Source: a virus. From it: DNA of 38,960 nt. How positions within the stretch are numbered: position 1 is the stretch's first letter; every line of letters starts with the position of its first letter. The position numbers and the translations under genes are program-made. Positions 31,798 through 38,960 of this stretch are shown here, in pieces. The stretch lies in the IMG/VR virus record IMGVR_UViG_3300009646_000070. One strand, given 5' to 3'. Below the pieces are notes generated by a model that worked only from the letters and a program-made list of their open reading frames with translations, was not told the origin of the DNA and ran no database searches.

Positions 31798-32123
31798 AAA
31801 AGATACTCCTGCTTTTTTTACTGCTGTGCTTTCGGCCGTCTGTGGCTGCAACAACAACGGCGTCTTTTCAGCTAGTCGTTGTGCACAATGTGCAGTTGTC
31901 ATGGACTCAGAGCAACAGCCCCAATCTCATAGGTTACAATGTCTATCGTGGTTTACAATCAGGAAAAGAAACCCTCTACTATAAGATAGGCGTCGGAGCA
32001 GGCTGGACGGATACGTATGTAGACAGCTACACAACGTACTTCTATTATCTTACCGCAGTTGATTCTTCCTCCCAAGAAAGCGTACCCTCCAATGAAACCT
32101 CTGCGACCGTGCCCGGACCTTAA
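31794..32123 (+). CDS. Secreted fibronectin type III-like protein
   Basis: Signal peptide MKKILLLFLLLC; VQLSW...GYNVYRG...TDT...TTYFYYLTAVDSS.QES..SNE. Confidence 0.8.
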   Translation: MKKILLLFLLLCFRPSVAATTTASFQLVVVHNVQLSWTQSNSPNLIGYNVYRGLQSGKETLYYKIGVGAGWTDTYVDSYTTYFYYLTAVDSSSQESVPSNETSATVPGP

Positions 32124-32139
32124 CCAGTGAAGATTCTTC

Positions 32140-32168
32140 TTGACACGCGGGGATGTATATAGTACACT
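32140..32168 (+). promoter_or_regulatory. Sigma70-type promoter
   Basis: TTGACA-N17-TACACT, 7 nt before ATG 32176. Confidence 0.65.
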
Positions 32169-32175
32169 GGAAGGT

Positions 32176-32391
32176 ATGAATAGGGATGCGGCTAACACGC
32201 AAGCTGCTCAAGCCAAAAAAGCAAAGGCTACAGGTAAGACCGTCCTAACGATGAGGGAAAGGAATGCCCGTGAAGTAGACCGTTGGCCGCAATGGATGAA
32301 GGGCGGAGAAGGACGCAGCCCGGTTTCCAGTGATGTTCTTCCCGACCCTCCGCCGGAGGAGTTCGATTCCCCGTTGCAAGGGGCATTATGA
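32176..32391 (+). CDS. Hypothetical protein (possibly leaderless)
   Basis: ATG at the predicted transcription start. Confidence 0.5.
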   Translation: MNRDAANTQAAQAKKAKATGKTVLTMRERNAREVDRWPQWMKGGEGRSPVSSDVLPDPPPEEFDSPLQGAL

Positions 32392-32519
32392 ATTTCTCTT
32401 TTTGTGAGACCATAACCGCCGTAGCCCTCGGGCACTGGCATATCCGCATCCTGACCGCTGGGTGTTGTAGCTTGCAAAGTATGCAGTGAGGAATATCTAA
32501 AACTTCAAAGGAGATCACA

Positions 32520-33362
32520 ATGAACATCAATCTAAACGAGAATTTGAACGAGACGATCCGCCGGGGAAACCCTGCGGACTTCCGGGTCAGTCTAAGGGCG
32601 ATTGCTTATCAGGGCGACACCTTGGGGTGGTGCGGAATACCGGACCGTTACGCCGTGGTGCGCAACGACAATGACATGGCCCTTTCAATCGTCTCCGACC
32701 GTTATACCGTGGTCGAGCATCAAGACATCTTGGACGCAGTGCAATCGGCCATCTTCAATCTCGGCATGAATCGCGTGCCTTCCGGCGTCTTTGTGGACAG
32801 AGGCGGAGCGCGGATGCGGGCCTTGTACAAGTTTCCCTATTTGTCGCGGGTCATCTGCCGGGCGCAGTCTGACGCCATCTGCCCCTGCATCAAGATCGAG
32901 AACACCTATGACGGGTCCTCGCGGGTGAGTGTACATATTGGTGCATTCCGCTTCGTTTGCACGAATCTGGCTGTAGGCGGAGGCGGAGTGTTCGCTGGCG
33001 GATTCATGTCGATTCACGTTGGCAAGATCGACGTGAAGGAAGTCGGCCAGCAGTTGCAGAATTACCTGAGCGGGTTTGAACAGATCGTCGAGACTTACCG
33101 GCGCTGGTTCAATCAATCCTTGCTTTTTTGGGATGATCTGGCGGGCTGCGATACACTGAGCCTCTCTCTTGACGCTGTACCGAAGAAACACAAAGAGGCT
33201 ATCATCAAGCGCGTGCCGACGAAGGCCACGGTCTATGACGCATTCAACGCCGCCACGGACTACGCCACGCACCAATGCCGGACTGCCCGCGTAGCCTTCG
33301 AGCTTCTCAGCCGCATCAATAGCGGATTCCAAAAGACGTTTCCGGAGGCATCAAGGTTATAA
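32520..33362 (+). CDS. DUF932-family phage/plasmid protein
   Basis: AVVRNDND..LSIVSDRYTVV.H.D, N.YDGSS.V....GAFRFVCTN, HVG; RBS AAGGAG. Confidence 0.85.
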   Translation: MNINLNENLNETIRRGNPADFRVSLRAIAYQGDTLGWCGIPDRYAVVRNDNDMALSIVSDRYTVVEHQDILDAVQSAIFNLGMNRVPSGVFVDRGGARMRALYKFPYLSRVICRAQSDAICPCIKIENTYDGSSRVSVHIGAFRFVCTNLAVGGGGVFAGGFMSIHVGKIDVKEVGQQLQNYLSGFEQIVETYRRWFNQSLLFWDDLAGCDTLSLSLDAVPKKHKEAIIKRVPTKATVYDAFNAATDYATHQCRTARVAFELLSRINSGFQKTFPEASRL

Positions 33363-33490
33363 ATTGCCGGTTAGTTTGCCGGTTATTTGACCGCTTGTTT
33401 GTCAGACCTATCCATGTGTAACAGATAGGCTTAGTCGAAATGTTCCCGTGAAAATGTCCGGTTAAATGACCACTTGGTTTGCAGGTGAAT

Positions 33491-33565
33491 TGGAGCGTGT
33501 GGCGGGACTCGAACCCGGCCTCTTCAGTTTGGAAGACTGAGGCACAACCTCTATACCACGCCCAC
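33491..33565 (-). tRNA. tRNA-Gly(UCC) with two acceptor-stem mismatches
   Basis: TCAGT-CT-TCC-AA-ACTGA, T arm, U73-CCA; 5' GTGGGCG vs 3' CACACGC gives G4-A69 and C6-A67 mismatches. Confidence 0.75.
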
Positions 33566-33688
33566 TTACTTGTGGAGTTGCCAGCGAAGATACTTCAACT
33601 TGAGCATGACGAGGATCACACGCAAGTCGGTGAAGTCGATGCACACTTTTAGCCAGATCAAGCGGAGATAAAGACGAATACTTTCCAT
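33566..33688 (-). CDS. 40-aa hypothetical peptide
   Basis: MESIRLYLRLIWLKVCIDFTDLRVILVMLKLKYLRWQLHK*. Confidence 0.35.
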   Translation of the reverse strand: MESIRLYLRLIWLKVCIDFTDLRVILVMLKLKYLRWQLHK

Positions 33689-33743
33689 CAGTCACCTAGT
33701 CTTCCGGCGTCATCGTGATCGTTGCAACAAGTTATGGTCGGCT

Positions 33744-33893
33744 TCAGCGGCAAGGGCTGGCCTGTGCTGCCGGACGCTCGCGGTCGGGGCATACTATGGT
33801 GAGGAAACGTTCGAGGTTTTCAAAGCGTTCTCTGAGAGCTTCGAGAACCTGTGTCTGCTCTTTCGTTACTTCCGTGAATCCGAAATCTGACAT
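33744..33893 (-). CDS. Short ORF resembling the first half of Acb2/Tad1-type helical hairpin proteins
   Basis: FTEVTKEQTQVLEALRERFENLERFLTIVCPDRER, then diverges and stops; RBS GGAGGA. Confidence 0.4.
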   Translation of the reverse strand: MSDFGFTEVTKEQTQVLEALRERFENLERFLTIVCPDRERPAAQASPCR

Positions 33894-33909
33894 ACGATCC
33901 TCCGAAAAT

Positions 33910-33984
33910 TGGTCAGGGCTGAGGGAGTCGAACCCCCGACCTCGTGGTCCCAAGCCACGCGCCATACCGCTTGGCTAAGCCCTG
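33910..33984 (-). tRNA. tRNA-Pro(UGG)
   Basis: CAGGGCT/AGCCCTG, CGTGG-CT-TGG-GA-CCACG, CCA. Confidence 0.93.
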
Positions 33985-34213
33985 TTATTATACTGGATGA
34001 GAGCGCATCCTAAAGTACACAATTCCTACGACTGCACATGCACAGAAGAATGCTCCCAAACTTGCTCCTGCTAAAGCAATTACCACGGGTTCTCCTATCG
34101 CAGTAGTCTATCTAACTCTGCCAAGGTCAGCTTTTCAAGCGGCGACCCGGCGACCCGGCGCTGAGGTCAAGCCCGCGTCTGTCGGCCTCCCGCCTCTCTT
34201 TCCATCAACCTAC

Positions 34214-34242
34214 AGATTACCATACCCTTCGGCGTATGTCAA
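34214..34242 (-). promoter_or_regulatory. Sigma70-type promoter
   Basis: TTGACA-N17-TAATCT with extended TG. Confidence 0.7.
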
Positions 34243-34507
34243 GCCTTTTCTGTGGTGTGACTGCAAGCCTTTTGTGCTGTGCGGATGCAAGTCTTTCCTG
34301 TTCATTTTTCTCGGATGTTCACACATAATGAACGTTCATGGGTGCGTGAACGCCGGACGATGCATGAACACGCAAGAGCTTTGCAAGTCAGGTTTTGACG
34401 AAGTTAGCGTTGTCTGGCTTCGTAAGACTAAGTAAAGACAGTATGTTAGCTACCTACTGACTCATATATTACCTAGTCTGGTATTTCGCTTTGCGTCGTT
34501 AAAGGCC

Positions 34508-34536
34508 AGTTTACTCCTTTTTTAGCCCGTTGTCAA
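34508..34536 (-). promoter_or_regulatory. Sigma70-type promoter
   Basis: TTGACA-N17-TAAACT. Confidence 0.65.
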
Positions 34537-34800
34537 GCAAAAAGTGAAGGTGTGCCAAAGAAAAACTATATTTGCTTTAGATTCATGGGTATGCCCGGAA
34601 AACAGTAGGATAGGAACCCCGATTTATGGAATAATACATAGAGAGAAGAAACGAAAGTGGTTGTACACAAGGGAAGCAAGAGAATCAGGGAAACCAAGGT
34701 AATCAATTTCAGTTGCAGTTGAACGATCCCCAGCCTACTGTGCCGGGATGAGCAAGGGAGCCGCAGGCAGTGATGCTTTGCGGCTCTTTCGGTTTTTCAT

Positions 34801-34876
34801 GGGCTTGTAGCTTAATCGGGAGAGCACCTGCCTTGCACGCAGGGGGTTGCAGGTTCGATGCCTGTCGGGTCCACCA
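34801..34876 (+). tRNA. tRNA-Ala(UGC)
   Basis: GGGCTTG/CGGGTCC with G3:U70, CCTGC-CT-TGC-AC-GCAGG, A73-CCA. Confidence 0.93.
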
Positions 34877-34900
34877 ATCTTGAGTAAAGGTGCGTATGCT

Positions 34901-35233
34901 TTGACACACGAGCAAAATGTACGGTATCAAGAAAAAGCGCGATACGCGGCTTTGTCTCACTACGGTCCAAACGGTGTAGCTAAATGTTCTTGGCCGGGAT
35001 GTGAAATTTGTGATACCGATATGCTTGTAGTGGGCCATGGGAACGGTCAAGGAAAAGCAGACAGATTAAAACGTACTGGTCATTCTTTAGGTTGGAGACT
35101 GTGTGTGGCTTTACGAAGGGAAGGATACCCTTCTGGCTATCATACGATATGTGAAAATCACAACAGAAAAGAAGAGCGTGAAAGACTTAGAAAGTTTTGG
35201 ATTGAAAAAAATTCAACTGCACAGTGTGCGTAG
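34901..35233 (+). CDS. HNH-like endonuclease, family A copy 3 (diverged)
   Basis: ALSHYG...KCSWPGC..CDTDMLVVGHGNGQG...YHTICENHN; the DH of the paralogues is GH here; start uncertain. Confidence 0.6.
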   Translation: MTHEQNVRYQEKARYAALSHYGPNGVAKCSWPGCEICDTDMLVVGHGNGQGKADRLKRTGHSLGWRLCVALRREGYPSGYHTICENHNRKEERERLRKFWIEKNSTAQCA

Positions 35234-35940
35234 GAGAAGTCGTGGGAAGTTCATTTTGGAAGAAGGTCGATGAAATTCTCCTAGCTGTTGTGCTGTTAGT
35301 CGCCTGTGTCGTCGGCGTCAAGCTGTACTTCGTTCTGGACAACACCGATAAAGCAGTGTCACACCTTGACACAGTTGTTTCACAAGTTAGTACTACGGTC
35401 GCCGGTATTGCTAAAATCGAAGACACGGCGGCTGAGAGTCAGCGTCACATGCAAGCACAGACGCTTGAGGCTCTGAAGAATGCGAAGGAAACTCTTCACG
35501 GCCTGAATAAGACTGTGGCTACCCTCAACACGGATGTCATTCCGAGCCTGAATGCTAAGGCCGGGAAGGTCCTCGACACTAGCAATCAATTGCTAGCCGA
35601 CACGAACAAGAACCTAGCGAAGTTGACGGACACAACTGCGAAGTCACTGGAAGAAACACAGACTCTCGTAGAGGCTACAACGAAGAGCGTTAAGACGGCC
35701 AATGATCTTTTGGGCGATCCTGTAATGATTGGGAACCTACGGCAGGCGTCGGTAGACTTGAAAACTTCGATGACGCATTTGCCTCCGATCATGTCCGATT
35801 TGGAAGCAGAACAGCACGATGTGCGCGGGTATGTTCATCATCTGACCCGCCCAGCATCGTCAGCGATGGTTGCCATCAACTTCACACTGAAACAGGTTGA
35901 GACAATCGGTGGTGCGGCACTTGGGGTATTATCGAAATGA
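35224..35940 (+). CDS. Membrane-anchored coiled-coil protein
   Basis: N-terminal TM helix ILLAVVLLVACVVGVKLYFV followed by heptad-rich Thr/Ala helices. Confidence 0.75.
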   Translation: MCVGEVVGSSFWKKVDEILLAVVLLVACVVGVKLYFVLDNTDKAVSHLDTVVSQVSTTVAGIAKIEDTAAESQRHMQAQTLEALKNAKETLHGLNKTVATLNTDVIPSLNAKAGKVLDTSNQLLADTNKNLAKLTDTTAKSLEETQTLVEATTKSVKTANDLLGDPVMIGNLRQASVDLKTSMTHLPPIMSDLEAEQHDVRGYVHHLTRPASSAMVAINFTLKQVETIGGAALGVLSK

Positions 35941-36185
35941 CGCCGCTTGAGTTTTTGCACAGCAAATGGTCCGACTTGATTATGTTGTTCATCCTCTTGA
36001 TTGGGATAGCCATTTGCGTGTTTAACCCCGTCAACAAGGACATCGGACGGGATTTGTACACCGCAGGCATGTTGGGCTTCGGTGGAGGCCGGGTCATCCA
36101 TCACTATACGAACGGTAATGGAAATGGCAACGGCAACGGGAACGGCACAGTGAGTTCTGAAGAGAATCCAAAAAAGGAGCAGTAA
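35937..36185 (+). CDS. Small two-TM membrane protein with a (GN)n tail (holin-like topology)
   Basis: Two hydrophobic segments, then NGNGNGNGNG and a charged C-terminus. Confidence 0.65.
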   Translation: MTPLEFLHSKWSDLIMLFILLIGIAICVFNPVNKDIGRDLYTAGMLGFGGGRVIHHYTNGNGNGNGNGNGTVSSEENPKKEQ

Positions 36186-36189
36186 AACA

Positions 36190-36618
36190 ATGGGTATCCT
36201 GAGTTCAGCGAAGTCGGTGTTCGAGAAAGTCGGAGCCGAAATTGAGAAGTTGTTTGGAGGGTCAGCGTCGGTCGAGCAGAAGGTGCAAGCCACCATTACT
36301 TTCGTGGCCCCTCTGGTCAATACGGTTGTGGTTTTGGCGGACCCAGCGATTGCGCCCACGGTCGCAAAGGTCATCTCCACGGTACAGGCGGACCTTGCGT
36401 TGGTGTCAACGGTTGTGCAGGGAGCGACTCCTGCGCCCGGCAGTTCTGCGGCTACCACAGCAACGACTGCTTTGAACAGCGTCAAGACGAACCTGTCTGA
36501 GTTGCTGACTGACTCCGGCGTGAAGAACTCTGCCAACTTCAGCAAGATCAGCGCGGCGGTCAATCTCATCATTGCCGAAGTTGAGGCAGTGTTGAGCGGC
36601 CTATCGGCGAAGAAGTAA
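36190..36618 (+). CDS. Ala/Val/Ser-rich hypothetical protein
   Basis: RBS AAGGAG; 142 aa. Confidence 0.75.
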   Translation: MGILSSAKSVFEKVGAEIEKLFGGSASVEQKVQATITFVAPLVNTVVVLADPAIAPTVAKVISTVQADLALVSTVVQGATPAPGSSAATTATTALNSVKTNLSELLTDSGVKNSANFSKISAAVNLIIAEVEAVLSGLSAKK

Positions 36619-36700
36619 GATCGCCTGTTAACCAGTTACCAAACGGTGAGCCTCTCTCAGATGGGCAGAGGCTCCCCAACTTTCCTTGGAGTGTGCGTTC

Positions 36701-38308
36701 GTGGCGAAGGAATTGACGTTTGGAAAAGATGCACGTAATAGGATGCTCATTGGCATCAATGCAGTAGCTAGGCTAGTCTCGGCTACTATTGGTCCTAAAG
36801 GTAGATGCATTGTAGTTGAGCGGGTTGTGACTAATCCTGCTACGAAAGAAGTTGTAAAGCTGTCACCAGTGACTACAAAAGATGGGGTGTCTGTTGCGAG
36901 AGCCATTTCACTTCCAAATGCTACAGAAAATTTAGGCTGTGATCTTATTCGAGAAGCAGCCCTTCGTACAGTGCAAGAGGCGGGTGATGGCACCACTGCC
37001 AGCGTCATACTTTCTCAGGCAATTATTTCTGAGGGGATGAAGGCGCTGGAAAAAGGAGCCAGTCCGGTTTTCCTACGGTCAGGGATTGACAAGGCTACTG
37101 CGAAGATAGTTCAACAACTCGCGCAGATGTCAACGCGCTATGACGGCATGGGTCTGGATGTAGCCCGCATCGCGGCGAATGGCGATGAAGAAGTTGCTAA
37201 GATTGTAACTGAAGCCTTACAAATGGCTGGTAAGAACGGCATCGTTAGCGTCGATAGTTCGCGCACAGACAAGACGCACATCGAGTTTTCTGCCGGGATG
37301 AGATTTGATTCCGGGTTTCGGCATCCTGATTTCATTACGGATTTTTCACGAAATGAGTGCGTTCTTGAAAATCCGTTTATACTCTTGCACGAGCGCCGCA
37401 TTCAGAGCATTGGAAAGATAGAGCCTTTGCTCGCCGCAGTAGCTCAGGCAGGCCGTTCGATCCTCATTCTATCAGAGGAATTTGAATTGCCGGTAATGGC
37501 GCTGTTATTACAGAATCGCGCTGTGCTGCGCTCGTGCGTCGTAACAGCACCTTGGTATGGTGAGCGCCGGAGAGATTTTCTTTCTGACTTAGCAGCCTTT
37601 ACAGGTGGCATTAGTATTGTAGAAGAACTTGGTCTTGATCTGTCTAAATGCGACTTGAGTGTCCTTGGACAGGCCGAGCGCGTCGTGGTGACGCGAACTA
37701 ATACCACGATCATCAAGGGTAAGAGCAAGGGCAATGAGTTGGCGCAGCGAATCGAATCGCTTTCCAGCGCCATTGCTTCGACGGAGAATCCTTACGACAA
37801 GGAAATTCTGGCTGAGAGGTTAGCGAAGTTGGATGGAGGTGTGGCCGTTATTAAAATAGGCGCTCCAACGGAATCTGAGGCTAAGGAAAAAAGAGATAGA
37901 ACGGAAGACGCCGTGTTGAGTGTGAAATGTGCTCAGGAAGACGGCACAGTTCCGGGAGGAGGAATTGCTCTTTTACGTTGTCAAGAGAGTGTAAATTTCT
38001 CGGGTGAAAAACTACACAATGAAGAGCTTGTTGGAATAGGCATTGTTTTTCATGCTCTTGAGGCTCCATTAAAGCAGATTTTGGAAAACGGCGGTTACAA
38101 TGTCAAGGATACGATGAAGTGCCTTAAAGGGCGGGCAGATTCAATTGGCTTTGATGCTTTGTCTGGCGAAGTTGTTGACATGCGGGACAAAGGCATAATG
38201 GATGCTTCAAAGGTTGTCAAACAAGCACTTATCAATGCAGCTAGCCTTGCTGGCACATTTTTGACTGTGGCAGGAAGCATCGTTAATTTGGAGGCAAAGG
38301 GTGCGTAA
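36701..38308 (+). CDS. groEL: Chaperonin GroEL (phage type)
   Basis: AKELTFG, TIGPKGR, TKDGVSVA, AGDGTTAS, GM.FD.G, ERLAKL.GGVAVIK.GA.TE.E.KE, VPGGG.AL, G..D..KV...AL.NAAS.A; no GGM tail. Confidence 0.97.
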   Translation: MAKELTFGKDARNRMLIGINAVARLVSATIGPKGRCIVVERVVTNPATKEVVKLSPVTTKDGVSVARAISLPNATENLGCDLIREAALRTVQEAGDGTTASVILSQAIISEGMKALEKGASPVFLRSGIDKATAKIVQQLAQMSTRYDGMGLDVARIAANGDEEVAKIVTEALQMAGKNGIVSVDSSRTDKTHIEFSAGMRFDSGFRHPDFITDFSRNECVLENPFILLHERRIQSIGKIEPLLAAVAQAGRSILILSEEFELPVMALLLQNRAVLRSCVVTAPWYGERRRDFLSDLAAFTGGISIVEELGLDLSKCDLSVLGQAERVVVTRTNTTIIKGKSKGNELAQRIESLSSAIASTENPYDKEILAERLAKLDGGVAVIKIGAPTESEAKEKRDRTEDAVLSVKCAQEDGTVPGGGIALLRCQESVNFSGEKLHNEELVGIGIVFHALEAPLKQILENGGYNVKDTMKCLKGRADSIGFDALSGEVVDMRDKGIMDASKVVKQALINAASLAGTFLTVAGSIVNLEAKGA

Positions 38309-38696
38309 AATTAACGATGGATTAGCTTCTGGTCAAAGATGGCGTAAAAAATATCCAGAACGCTATCGTGAGTCGGCTAGATTAACAAATCGAAAACGTT
38401 GTAGAACAACTTATGGCCGTTATCAAACGCTGAAAGGCAGCGCTAAGCGTAATAACCTTGTTCTTACAATTGTTTACTAAGAATATATTATATTAGTTAA
38501 TCAACCGTGTTATTATTGTGGAGGACAGCTTCCTGAGACGGGGTATGGTCTTGATCGTATCAATTCTGATATTGGTTATGTGCAGGGCAACCTTCGTCCT
38601 TGCTGTGCAAAATGTAACACCGCAAAAAATGACATGACGGAGACAGAGTTTAGAGAATGGTCTCTTCGATTGTTTAATCATTGGAGTAGCAAATGA
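38301..38696 (+). pseudogene. HNH endonuclease, family B copy 2, with an in-frame ochre codon
   Basis: GTG 38301 frame: ...NNLVLTIVY*(TAA 38478-38480)EYIILVNQPCYYCGGQLPETGYGLDRINSDIGYVQGNLRPCCAKCNTAK...HWSSK*. Confidence 0.8.
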
Positions 38697-38953
38697 GGGT
38701 TGGGCGTGATAAAGTTCTAGTTGTTAGGGAAGCACCTTCTTCAAAGACAAAATCAGGACTTTTCGATGTCCCGGACGCCGCACGGGAAAAACCAGATTTT
38801 GGAGAAGTAATTGCAGTTGGTGTGGATGTTTCTGACTGGGCTATTGGAGATAAGATAATCTTTCCGAAATGGTCAGGCTTCGCAACTAGCCTACCGGACG
38901 ACGACCGTGATCTTCTGATTCTGTTTGCCACAGAGATTTGGGCGGCAGTGTAA
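38693..38953 (+). CDS. groES: Co-chaperonin GroES
   Basis: DKVLVVRE....KTKSGLF.VPD.A.EKP..GEVIAVG...GDKIIF.KW.G...EIWA. Confidence 0.92.
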   Translation: MRVGRDKVLVVREAPSSKTKSGLFDVPDAAREKPDFGEVIAVGVDVSDWAIGDKIIFPKWSGFATSLPDDDRDLLILFATEIWAAV

Positions 38954-38960
38954 TGAAGAA

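Noticed and set aside
34328-34339. Perfect palindrome ATGAACGTTCAT as a LexA box
   Set aside because: The spacing does not match GAAC-N4-GTTC or GTTC-N7-GTTC, and a single 12-mer palindrome is weak evidence.

Overview
A 39 kb segment of a large tailed-phage genome; no capsid, portal, terminase or tail genes are recognisable in the window. Bases 1-27100 are transcribed leftward. They carry replication, recombination and repair genes (ClpB-D2-like AAA+ ATPase, Mom-like GNAT protein, RecA, Holliday-junction resolvase, stand-alone NrdJ C-terminal domain, primase-helicase, SF2 helicase, SSB-like protein, Rnl1-type RNA ligase, Cas4-like nuclease, TraR/DksA-type protein, ATP-dependent DNA ligase), two tRNA clusters and many small genes. 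Bases 27480-33360 run rightward (1127-bp transposase-less element, three secreted Ig/FN3 proteins, DUF932). A short leftward tRNA block follows, then a rightward block with tRNA-Ala, membrane proteins, groEL and groES. The most unusual content is non-coding and invisible to the ORF track: (1) six circularly permuted twister ribozymes in six consecutive intergenic spacers (23982-26249), with covarying pseudoknots; (2) a circularly permuted two-piece tmRNA with a 3-nt intervening segment and a tag ending YANA; (3) tRNA-Leu-like termini bracketing a ~230-nt structured insert that has a free-standing paralogue nearby; (4) a tRNA-like element with an 8-nt anticodon loop that contains the start codon of the Mom-like gene; (5) a cargo-carrying element with perfect 22-bp TIRs and an 8-bp TSD inserted between a promoter and its gene. 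All calls were made by eye from the sequence and ORF track; no searches or folding programs were run.
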